Shown piece by piece: positions 13,925 through 24,509 of a DNA stretch of 64,000 bases. The notes below the pieces were generated by a model that did no database searches, was not told the origin of the DNA, and worked only from the letters and a program-made list of their open reading frames with translations. A program made the translations under genes and the position numbers. How positions within the stretch are numbered: the first letter of the stretch is position 1; each line of letters opens with the position of its first letter. Where the stretch lies: NCBI GenBank assembly GCA_003427395.1, contig BFEA01000001.1:11188717-11252716 (forward strand), in the 5' to 3' direction. This stretch comes from Chara braunii (Eukaryota > Plantae > Charophyceae).

Positions 13925-14756
13925 TAACTTTGAGCCGTTCGGGGAGGCTTTGCACCTTTTTTTTCCTTCCCCCCCCCCCCCTTAAACCATGGCGGGCAAT
14001 GTGTTCCCCGCGCCCCCCCCCACCTTTTGGTCCCGGGCGCGTTTGCAGGGGGCATCCTCTGGTTGTTGTAATTTGTGAATGTGTCAACCTGTGCTTTTTT
14101 TTTTTTTTTTTTTTTTTCTGTGCTGTGTTTTCTGAGTGGCCGCGCACAAACTTTGTGCCCAGAGACCGGCCTGACCCCCCAGCCAGGCAGGACTTTCGGG
14201 TGAAGTCCTGGAGAGCCCCAGCGAAAAATCCGAAAAAAAAAAAAAAAAAAAACTGGGAAAAAACTATGTTGTGCAGAATTGCAAATGCAAACAACTTTTG
14301 GTGGAGGGTCACCTCAGAATTCCTTACTGAATTGAAGGGAAAAACGAAAATAGAAACAAATCAAACTAAGGCACTACCCTTTAAACCCCTTTCAGCTGTC
14401 ACCAGTACTTGGCCCAGCTATCGAGTCCAAGCCTTGGCCAACCGGTATGCCGACCCGGGCCGAGGCTCGGACTACCAGGCACAGGCATCGCGAACCTATA
14501 TCTGAAGTACAGAAAGAGAAACGGGAAAAACAAAACGACAAAAAGAAATAAGAAATAAGAAAAGGAAAAAAAAAAACACATCGCCAAAGAAAGGGTACTG
14601 CTTCCTCGCGCGCGCGCACAGAGAGAGAGAGAGAGANNNNNNNNNNNNNNNNNNNNNNNNNNNNNNNNNNNNNNNNNNNNNNNNNNNNNNNNNNNNNNNN
14701 NNNNNNNNNNNNNNNNNNNNNNNNNNNNNNNNNNNNNNNNNNNNNNNNNNNNNNNN

Positions 14757-14824
<68 letters not shown>

Positions 14825-15109
14825 CGCGTCATTTGTTTTTTTTTGTTTTCCTGCGTACGGTGCTCAATTTTTTTTTTTTTTTCTGTGGGCTGTGTTGGGC
14901 CGACCGGGCCTCCACTCGGGCGACCCCCGCTTCCTCAGGCGCGTTAACGGGGATGCCCCGTGGCCCATGTATGGGCCAAGTACTGGTGGTTTAAGCTTCC
15001 CTTTTCCCCCAAAAAAATGGACAACACTGAACACCAAAAAAGAGTCCGGATTGGGGCTGCTTTCGAGACGGGTGCAGAAAAGCCCCACCGACGAATTAAA
15101 AAAACGGAG

Positions 15110-15525
15110 TCGTAGTAGAAGGCATTGTCGTCGTAGTTGTAGAAGTAATTGTGCTAGTAGTAATACTAGTCATAGTAGTCGTAGTACAAGTGGTTGGCGT
15201 CATAGTCATGGTCGTAGTAGTTGTAGCTGTCATAGTAGTAGTACTAGTTATAGTAGTCGCAGTAGCAGTAGCAGTAGTAGCAGCAGCAGCAGCAGCAGCA
15301 GTAGTGGGAGTGGGAGTAGCAGTAGTGCTATTGGGAGTGGTGGCAGTGGTAGTGGTGTTGGTGGCATTGGCATTGGTAGTGGTAGTGGCAGTGGTAGTAC
15401 TGTAGAAGTAGTCATAGTAGCAGTAGTAGTAGTGGTAGTGGTAAGTTGTAGTACTGGAGCAGTAGTCGTAGTTGTAGTTGTAGTTGTAGTAGTAGTGGTA
15501 GTAGGAGTAGGAGTGGTGGTAGTGG
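15110..15525. repeat. (AGT/AGC/GGT)n low-complexity tract
   Basis: Direct reading. Confidence 0.9.
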
Positions 15526-15726
15526 GAGCCGCAACAGGGGGAGGAAGAGGAGTAATGAGAGGCTTTGCATTAACTTTGTGGAATGGAATTTGAACTCTTA
15601 ACCTGCAGCTGGTCAAGAGTACATGATGACCTCCCTTTTTGAAACAGCCTTTCCTCTGGTTTATCAAAGGCACCTTTCATAATAAGTTTGTTCTTATTAC
15701 GCCGTGCTTCATCTCAACTGTTGCAG

Positions 15727-15825
15727 GTCCGTTTTGCAGTGGATAAGTTTGGAGATTATGCTGTGAAGACGGCGTGGCATGATGTGAGTGCATGTGATGA
15801 AGATGTCCTGGCCAACTACAAGAAG
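15727..15825 (+). CDS. Alpha/beta-hydrolase exon (99 bp)
   Basis: TTGCAG/GT..AAG/GTAAAC boundaries; VRFAVDKFGDYAVKTAWHDVSACDEDVLANYKK continues the previous exon in phase 0. Confidence 0.9.
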
Positions 15826-15982
15826 GTAAACCGTTTTCGACCAATTGGAAGAGTTTGTGCGATAACCAGTTTCTTGTATTCCAGATGATAAGGAGAAGAA
15901 AAACACAAGATGGAACCAATGTCTCCTCCTCCTCTTGCTGTCATCGTATTCCTAACATAATCACCACCTCCTCTTGTATACA

Positions 15983-16152
15983 ATTTTTTATTTTTTTATT
16001 TTTACTTTTAAATTTTAATAAAAAAACACATTGCTTTATTATTAATGCAAAAGGAGGCCGGGAATTCCTCCACATCTCAACCCGGAATGAACCAGTGTCC
16101 CCTGATTCACAATCTCAGCCTGCCTATCCTGGCCCAAAGAGGGGACTAGAGT

Positions 16153-16191
<39 letters not shown>

Positions 16192-17000
16192 GACTAGAGT
16201 AGACTTAAAATGCTACAATTCCCGAAAAGGGGAAGACTTAGTTAGAGACTGGACTAACAGTGCTGTCAATCGCCACAGAGGCTTTTAGCTTCTACTACGC
16301 AGGGCATCTTTTGCTTGCTATTGAGGAAGGCAACCGAATCCTGAGGCGGCATGTGCTGCCGCTTTCCTTAAACCCTAAACCCTACTGTCCCCTGTGTTCT
16401 AGAGACCAACTCCCTGTTTTCTAAAACTCCTGCTCTTTTTATCGTACTGTGCTGAGTTTATGTCCGCTAAGCTGTTCTGTGAACGCGCGCGTTTCTGAAG
16501 AGTCCAGGTCCCTTGTCTGGTCCCTCCCTTGGTGTTCTTCCCTCCGTTTCCATATCAGTCTCGGGGGATCGCCCTGCACAGTGCCAAGCTTGCCCATTCC
16601 GAGTCTATCCTTGATGAAATTGTCATGATTATTTGCTTTTTTGAAGTTTTTCGAGGGTCGTCCTTGATATTCTTGGTTGCTCGATGCCAATCTGTCCGGT
16701 ATTTCATGTGCAGGAGTTGTAGAACATGCTCCCAGGCCTCTCGGGTTGATGTATTTTGGCCGTCTATCGTTTGTTTGCATCGTGGCGTCCATATATTATC
16801 CACAGCATGAAGGGCCGAAGCCTTCTGAAGAGGGTTGAATGCCAGGCTTCACAGAAACGTGGCCGTGCCATACCTGTTAGGAGTGTCCGCAGGTTGTCTG
16901 GCAACGACGTGCCGACTAAGTGTCATCCAGTACTCCCACGCTCTGCTCCAAATCATTTGTATACAATTAGATACAATACCCTCACAATGGTAAACAAATG
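15983..17000 (-). mobile_element. LINE 3' fragment
   Basis: AWEYWMTLS..DNIWTPRC..TREAWEHV resembles the C-terminus of the 22918 ORF; tail resembles 6380-6450; T-rich end at 15983-16010. Confidence 0.65.
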
Positions 17001-17420
17001 AATGAATGAACAAAAATGAATAAATGTCCAAATGAACAAGAATGAATAAATGTCCAAACAACCCCTTCCTGCCAGCACTCAAACAGCTCTCCTTTAGGTC
17101 TCTCCTGTAGGCCGCTCTTTCACTCCTGTCCTCCTGGTTGCATGTCTAGCTATGGCGGCTCATACGTGCTCAACACGGATATTCAAAATATTCAAAAAGC
17201 ACAACACACTTATATTATGCCTCTCCCATCACATTCTTCCATAGCCCCACTCCCGGAAAAAGTCCATGTCCAACAGGACCAAAATCAGGTACCTTGACAG
17301 CGGCCTTCCAGATGGAGCACTCGCCAAGGAAGTGGATGCGAAGGTCCACCATAGCCGAAGGTAAGTCTATCTCTTTGCCTCGCTCCTTCCTCCTCTCGCT
17401 CTACTCATGTCTTCCACCTA

Positions 17421-17525
17421 CCGTCTTCACCCGAATAGAACACCCGGTCATTATAGCCGTATTTGCTGCAATTTTCAGTCCAGATACGGCTATAATGACC
17501 AGGCGTTCTATTCGGGTGAAGACGG
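17421..17525. mobile_element. Tc1/mariner(pogo)-type MITE with TA target duplication
   Basis: TA-CCGTCTTCACCCGAATAGAAC...GTTCTATTCGGGTGAAGACGG-TA, about 45-bp TIRs. Older copies at 19742-19831 and 21461-21569. Confidence 0.9.
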
Positions 17526-17656
17526 TACCTTGAGTCTTTGTCCCGATAATCCGTGGTCAACCAACAACTCTGATGATGAGTCTGATGATGATTACTCAGG
17601 TTCAAAGGAAGCTCAATCTTTAACATTGCCAACTAAATGCGACGACCAGCTGAGAA

Positions 17657-17864
17657 GAAGACCCTAGAAAGCTAGTTAGTTAGAACCCTAGAAGACCCTA
17701 GAAGGCTAGTTAGTTAGAACCCTAGAAGACCCTAGAAGGCTAGTTAGTTAGAACCCTAGAAGACCNACCCTAGAAGGCTAGTTAGTTAGAACCCTAGAAG
17801 ACCCTAGAAGGCTAGTTAGTTAGAACCCTAGAAGACCCTAGAAGGCTAGTTAGTTAGAACCATA
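17657..17864. repeat. 34-bp tandem repeat, about 6 copies
   Basis: Unit gaagaccctagaaggctagttagttagaacccta. Confidence 0.92.
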
Positions 17865-18097
17865 GAACCGCATCTCCTTGCCCCTTGCTACCAAATGACA
17901 GAGCTTCGAAAGCATATGTTCTGTCTTCAGCAAAAAACAAAAAGCTGTGCCTTTTACAGTTTTATGGTTCTACCAAATTTTTCCTCCTTTTCGGTTTATT
18001 TGAATGCATGCACAACAGCGTTAGGCGGCCAAGAAGACAGGAACCCCACCCCCATGTCCAGGGGGATGCGTGGATGAGCGCAGAGTTTAAACTTTAA

Positions 18098-18464
18098 ACC
18101 ACCGCTACGTTTCCCGGCTTGAAAAACAAAGATGCGGATTGTTTACGGCCGCAACGTTCGGGAAGTACCGGGGCGTTCGTTTCGCTGGATATCCATCCAT
18201 CCAGGCAAAATGGGTCGCATAACGGGCCTTGCATGTGACCGCGTTTTGCCTGGCTGGATATCCATTCGGCTTGTTTACGGCCGCAACTTTCGGCAAGTAC
18301 CCGGGTGAAAACGGGTCGCACCGCATAACGGGCCTCGCATGCGACCCGTTTTGTCTGGATGGATGGATATATAGCGAAACGGCACCACGGTGCTTCCCGA
18401 AAGTCGCGGCCGTAAACGCGCCGCAACTTGGAAAAGATAGCTGTGAATCAAACGTACTGGTGGT
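18098..18464. mobile_element. TTAA-flanked non-autonomous DNA transposon (ACCACCAGTAC...GTACTGGTGGT termini)
   Basis: TTAA on both sides and a long internal inverted repeat. Same termini at 14385-14990, 33801-33985, 41524-41657, 45014-45148 and 54882-55655; solo ends near 32580, 41661, 44764 and 45862. Confidence 0.82.
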
Positions 18465-18513
18465 TTAAGCTCCTGCTCCACTGGCATGGGTGTTGTTTGA
18501 AAAGTCAAAAGTA

Positions 18514-18578
<65 letters not shown>

Positions 18579-18696
18579 AAAAGTTCAGAGTTCAAACTGA
18601 ACAAAATACTTCAAGTTGGGAAAGAATGAAACAAACAAAGTTACGAAGAAAAAAATTTGATTTCTACGTCGTCGTGTTTTTTTCCCTTCTTTGCAG

Positions 18697-18814
18697 CCTT
18701 TGAAGTGCCAGGATTGGGATAAAGCGCTGGTCGAATTCGCTGCCAGTCTGATGGCGATCCAAAAGGAGGAGGTTCCCCCTCTCCAGCGGCGGCTTCAAAA
18801 CATCAAATGCCCAG
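18697..18814 (+). CDS. Alpha/beta-hydrolase exon (118 bp)
   Basis: TTGCAG acceptor, GTGGGT donor; PLKCQDWDKALVEFAASLMAIQKEEVPPLQRRLQNIKCP plus 1 nt. Confidence 0.9.
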
Positions 18815-18954
18815 GTGGGTACTATGCCCATTGTGTTCCATTGCATTTACAAGTTATTCTTATGCCTCTTGATTGTGCAAGGATGTCGCCAATTTCACAC
18901 CAGATCGCGAAACTGTGCACGGACGAGGAAAGTACAGTAGACGCAAGAGCATCC

Positions 18955-18992
18955 CTGTCTCTTATACACATCTAGATGTGTATAAGAGACAG
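18955..18992. other. Nextera mate-pair junction adapter (Tn5 mosaic ends), assembly artefact
   Basis: Exact CTGTCTCTTATACACATCT+AGATGTGTATAAGAGACAG. Confidence 0.98.
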
Positions 18993-19009
18993 ATATATAT
19001 CTGTTTGTG

Positions 19010-19046
<37 letters not shown>

Positions 19047-19072
19047 TCAAATATATATATATATATATATAT

Positions 19073-19300
19073 CGTCACAAACAGAACTGCCCGGTAAAAC
19101 CGTAGGCAGAGAGAGAGAAGAGGACAACAAACGAGGGGCTGTGACAAACTGTTTCGTCGGAGTTTCACCGACTCATCAGGATATATATATAATATATATC
19201 GTCACAAATAGAACTGCCCGGTACACCGTAGGCAGAGAGGGAGAAGAGGACAACAAACGAGGGGCTGTGACAAACTGTTTCGTCGGAGTTTCACCGACTT
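19073..19300 (-). mobile_element. Two tandem 5'-truncated copies (about 100 bp) of a (TA)n-embedded, hammerhead-bearing repeat, Penelope-like
   Basis: Near-identical units at 19073-19180 and 19200-19299 share one fixed end (plus strand cgtcacaaa.agaactgcccgg) and differ at the other. The same fixed end recurs at 30691-30723, 30772-30776, 19025-19031 and 60908-60920, always next to (TA)n. Confidence 0.65.
19142..19179 (-). ncRNA. Minimal type I hammerhead ribozyme core
   Basis: Minus strand: CTGATGA GTCGG tgaaact CCGAC GAAA CA gtt TGTC, i.e. CUGANGA, 5-bp stem II, GAAA, 3-bp stem III, GUC triplet. The 5' arm of stem I is missing (replaced by TA repeat). Confidence 0.75.
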
Positions 19301-19528
19301 ATATATATATATATATATATATTTCGTATAGTGGCTTCGAAGTTTGGAGGCCATCCGAGCAGGAGGCAGAAGGATGATCGTGGCACGTTGGGTCATATGC
19401 CATGAACTCATTACGTTCACTGTGAAATGTAAAGCCTCGCCCATCGGGTTCTATTTGCAATTTTGCACTAAGTCTTGTCAATCACTACACAAGTAACGAG
19501 GTGAGCAGCACGATATGAAAACCCATCA

Positions 19529-19646
19529 ATACCTTTCTCGGCCTTTTGGCTAAAAATAGATCAAGTGCACTGTATCTGTTCTTATTATCAGTTTAATATC
19601 TGATCGGTGGTCCATCGGACCACAAAAAAAAAAAAATAAAAAAAAA
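19529..19646 (+). pseudogene. U2: U2 snRNA 3'-truncated retro-pseudogene with A-rich tail
   Basis: ATACCTTTCTCGGCCTTTTGGCTAA..GATCAAGTG..GTATCTGTTCTTA..TCAGTTTAATATCTGAT..GTGGTCCATCGGACCAC is the plant-type U2 5' half with small insertions. Ends after stem IIb, before the Sm site, followed by A-rich run. Confidence 0.92.
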
Positions 19647-20085
19647 TCAAGTATTCGTATTGGCTCCGAAATGCTCGGATTGACTCGACTCGGTTTTGAT
19701 TCTCAAGTTTGCCTGGTCGATGTACTGGCAGTTTGAGGCTACCGTCTTCACCTGAATACTGACTGTATATGGACTGGAAGTTGGACCAAGTACAGCTATA
19801 ATGACCGGGCGTTCTATACGGGTGAGGCTGGTAGCAGACTATCTGGACATGGGAGTAGGAAGGCAGTGGATTACAGAGACATCCACCAAATAGGGTTGCA
19901 AATTCCAGTGGCATTATCACCAACCCCCCCCCCCCCCCCTGCGCCCCCCCTCAAAAAAAGGCATTATTAGCATACCCAAGACTCGAGTGCAATTCCACGT
20001 TTTTATCTTTTTTCTTTTGGCTTTTCTCAGTTTTCTGACGGGTGTAGTTGTTGTGGTTCAACTTGATGCAACAACCCCTGGCCTG

Positions 20086-20120
<35 letters not shown>

Positions 20121-20357
20121 CTCTGGCCTGAACTCATGGCATGCATGACCTGTGAATCATCCATTGTCTTTCTCGCGGAATCAGTCATCCATTTATGTGC
20201 AATTGAGAATACTACGGTAGTCCTCCTCCTCTCTCCTCCCGCCTCCCTTGTCCCTCGTCCCTCCTCTCTCCTCTCCTCTCCTCTCCTCTCCTCTCCTCTC
20301 CTCTCCTCTCCTCCTTGTGCACTTACTGTGGTTGGTTGATCGTTTCCCTGCCTGCAG

Positions 20358-20599
20358 TGCTTGTTATAAGTGGTGACGACGACAGAATTGTTCCGGAGTG
20401 GAATTCAAGGCGTGTGGCAGAAACTATTCCTCTTGCACAGTATCGTTTGCTGGCAGATTGTGGCCATTGTCCGCAAGAGGAGAAGCCACAAGAATTCCTT
20501 TCTTTGCTACAGGCCTTCTTCAAAGAGAAGCTGAATATTCCACCGGACGTACCGGGCGACAAGCCGCCGCCGCAGCAGCAGGACCACCTGGGCGGTTGA
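20358..20599 (+). CDS. Alpha/beta-hydrolase terminal exon with catalytic Asp and His
   Basis: CCTGCAG acceptor; phase-1 join gives VLVISGDDDRIVPEWNSRR...CGHCPQEEKPQEF...; TGA at 20597-20599. Confidence 0.92.
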
Positions 20600-22680
20600 C
20601 CTCAGGTTACCTACACTAAGTCTTGATGCTCTCCAACTTGAAGACCTTCCTCCTAGAGTAGAAAAAAATGCCTCATTCCGTTCCGACGCAGACGTTCTCT
20701 CAGTCTCGAAGAAAGTGCAAACGTTTTTTTCTCAAAGACCGAAGGAAGACACACTCCATACAGAAAAAAAAACGTTTGCAATGTGTACAGGAAGAAGAAA
20801 TGGCCTCCAAGAATTACGGCAGCGATCCCCGCTCTGACTCTGCAGCTGGTGCATCTGTCTCACATGCACTTGGCCAACTCTTCGGAACAAAAACGTTCGT
20901 TGAGCTGAACAAGTCCGTTCAGCGAAAAGACGGCGGGTGCCACAAGGCACGATGGATTAAGGGAATTTATTATGACCACCAACCTCATGTGCACACCGAC
21001 CTAGCAATAGAGAATGAGATGTGGATATGTAAAGATTCGTACGAATGAAGCTGTCGCTATGTATAATGTATATTATATAGTATAGTATAGACTACTTCTG
21101 GAGGTGAGCATGTGGCAGTGTGTAGACTTGTGTCGTACATGAAGCTGTCCCTGCGTTGTGAAGGCGAGGTGCAAGATGGATCATTGTGAATCTTAAGATG
21201 CCTGCGGTGCGGTTTAATCCAAGAGGCAGCGAGCGACGGAAGCAGACAATGGCTGCGTGCCCAGCTCAGTGGGCGTACTATTCTTTCGCCTTTTACTAAA
21301 GAATACCGTGGGCTGTGCACACTTAAGCAGCTTACGTGAATTTTTCGCAGGCCTTCCAGACTAGTCTTTAAAAAAAAAAAAAAAAAATTCCCGGCGGGAG
21401 ATCAATGAGAGTCGGCAACTGCGCACTTTGGGCTCCAGTTTGCAAGCCTGGGAAATCATATCGCTGCACCCCAACAGAACGCCCGGTCATTATCGCTGCA
21501 TCTGGATCGAAAGCTGTGCCAAATACAGCTATAATGCCCTGGCGCTCTATTGGGTCTGGGTGAAGACGCTAGCAACCCTTCGGCGGGCGAGGGAAGGTAA
21601 ACAAATCCCCTATGAGATCCTCTCGAGTCCCAACCAACATCGGAACTTTCTCTTCTTACATCTTGTCAGAAGTTTCTCCTCTTGCAGACTGACATGTGCT
21701 GGTTATTCATATTTTAATAATAATGTATTATTTTCTTCTCATATGTACTTTATTCATATTTTAATAATAATTTATTATTTTCTTCTCATATGTACTTACT
21801 AATTAACTACTTATCGAATCAGGACTTTCTCCTGATAGGTGGTCCTAATTATCAGAATGAGATGTGTAATTAGGCAAACAACGGGACGGGCAGCGAGGGC
21901 CGCCGCCCGACGTTTTTACGCAACGGCAGGCTTCTTGGTGAGGGTGGGAAACGAAGAAGGGTTGGGGAGCCATGATGGCAGTTTTGAAGCGAGGACGAGA
22001 GTGAGAGGACAGCAGGTGGATGATGAGGCGGGAGAGGGATCGTGGGGCATGGAGGAGCAGGCTAGTGGTGTCCGGGCGTTGCTGAAGGCTCTCCTGTTTG
22101 TTGTTTCTGTCACATGCTTGCTCGCTTGAGAGGAAGAACACGGGGGCAGCGTGTCTCATATCATGGTCTCGTTGGAGAGGAGGAATCTTGTGGGGGGGAG
22201 TAAGGGGAGGCAGGCAGGGTCTCATGGGCTAGAGGGAGAGTATTACAAGGAATGGAAAGAGGAACGCAGGAGTAAGGATGTTGAAGACAGGTCTTCTATA
22301 GGCAGGCGACATCTGCGCCGATGACACCCCTTCACCTCTTTGGGGTACCTGTGAGGGGCGGCTGACAGGCTCAGTGGTTTAGTCTCGTGACGTGGTTTGG
22401 ATTGCTGTGATGGTTAACCCTAGCTGTGGTCCTGTTATCTTCATCGTTCGGTCCTTTGGGATGGTTGAATAGTTGTCAACCACAGGCGGCCGAGTTGCTT
22501 GAGAGTCGATGAAGGAGGAGGTGAGGTTTGGAGAGAGGGGGGGGGTGCGTTTAGGGATTGTCGAGGGTAAGTTGTGTTCTTCCTCTTCACGTTTTGTAGT
22601 GATGATTCTGTGATGACCCTGATGAGATTCTTAACGATGTGATTCCTAGATAGTTTTGCTTGATTCAATACCTATTAGTC

Positions 22681-24500
22681 TTTCTTTCTTTTTTTTTTTC
22701 TTTTTTTTTTCTTTTTTAAACAGGCCCTTATGGGTCCTGGCTCCATATCCATTCTGGGGAGCGTCAGTCCGGTTCCTATTCCCCCGGCAAGTCAAAAATT
22801 TGATACATCATAGAACACGCTCACGCTTCTTTCCGTCTGGCCGAAGGAACCCTGACCAGCATTGATTGCTCCTTATAGGAGGATTGACTGTCAGCTTGCC
22901 TTTCCCTGAACTCCCTCTCAGATTTCCCTATGGAAACCTGTCAAATTCCCCCCCACCAGCCAGACCTTGACGAATTTGGAGAGGATACTGCGCTGTCGAT
23001 CTTCATCTTCAGGCATGGAGAGTCTCATCTTGTGCCATCTGCATAGGATCTCTGCCTGGATCAGGGTCCTTGTCTCCACCCAAACCTTTTCTCTCGGAGT
23101 TGATAGTCCCTCGATGGTTCTGCTGCATCTCTCCTTCCAGATCGACCAGAGCGTCACTTTTCTGATCATGCCATACCGTATCTTCTCAGCGTTGTTGAAA
23201 TCAGTAGGAATGTTAGTCCGGAGAAGAAGTTGGATGGGATGTTCAGGGAGGGGGGATGTGAAAAGGGAGTTCCAGAGGTCCGAGGCCCTGGCCCAATATT
23301 CCGTAGCTTCCTTGCGGCAAATTAGGCAGTGAATTATATCTTCTGGCTCGTTATCTGAGCAGACTGTGCATAGGTCCGAACTGTTAGGATCACTCCTTCG
23401 TCTTCGCTTGTGGAGCCATTGGTTGACCGGTAGTGCCACGTATGCGATAAGCCATTGGAGACTCTGAATTTTAACAGGTCTGATAGATTTGAACATCTTC
23501 CATGGGATTTGTGAGATACGGTCTGCCTCTTGTCCGATTAATTTTGACCATCTACTTCTGATTACGGGTTCCGGGTCCGTAGTCTTAAGGAATAGCTTAT
23601 ACCCCATTTTGACTGAGTAGTCCTGGATGTCCGTGTTAATGCTTTTGTTCCTCTCAGATGTCCAGGCCCATTCTGCTGGGTCGAATTCCAGGTCTTGGAT
23701 TGGGGTGTCTATTCTGAAGATTGATTTGGGCCAGGAACCTGTGACTCTTACTTTCCTGAAGCGGAAAATGTCTAAACTTGTTCTTTCCACATCTTTGTCC
23801 AAGATAGATGCAGAGCCATGAGCTGATGTCACGATTGGGTAGGATGTAAACACCGCAACGGTACTCGATCCCAGTTGTTTGTGGGAGAACCGGTTTGTTC
23901 CTGTATCCGAATTCCCCACTCTCCCGTTTTCCATGTTGGGGTTCCCTTCAGCCCTTTCCAGCCTTCCGGGATACAGTTAATGACTGTCTGCAGATTCCTA
24001 TGTCTCCGGTGGCAGCCCTTGAGACGAGGGATAAGGTCCTGATCTGTTACCCACTCGTTTCTCTCTTCATCCCATATGTGAGCGATCTTCCGTACTCCAT
24101 GTTTTATCCACGATAGCCAACGCGCATCTCTTGGTTTAAGAGATAGTGAGTGATCACTTTCATCTCTCATCCACGGATTACCAAAGAGGGGTTGCCTCAG
24201 GACTTCTTCCCTGGTCCTACGTTTGCCCTTTTTTTTTTCCGGCATGATTTCTTGCCAGATCCGTAGCAGAGCTGCCCAATAGGGTGTGGGCGGGCTTGCT
24301 CTCTGAGGATTGCCCCCTCGTCGATGGTTTCTGCGTCCTGTTTTCAAGGTCGATTCCTTATTCATCACCCAGAACAAGCCAGACATGTTTGCTGGTGTAG
24401 GTACCGGGGCTAGGCTTCTGATGCTATCCAACGCTAACTTATTCCGAGCTGTGCCCGGTTTGGTGAGAAGTTTGATGATCCATTTAAATTTCGATTCAAA
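22681..24500 (-). mobile_element. 5'-truncated L1/Tx1-like LINE (ORF2 C-terminal half with zf-RVT), one frameshift
   Basis: KWIIKLL, YWAALLRIW, QPLFGNPW, YSVKMGY, CTVC..EDIIHCLIC..YW, LWSIWKERC; poly(T) at 22681-22717. Confidence 0.9.
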
Positions 24501-24509
24501 ACAAGTACT

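Noticed and set aside
14820-15673. Ser-, Val- or Thr-rich ORFs (also the Asp-rich ORF at 836 and ER/SL/CV repeat ORFs)
   Set aside because: Translations of microsatellites.
18955-18992. Genuine Tn5/IS50 ends or a biological palindrome
   Set aside because: Exactly the Nextera mate-pair junction sequence.
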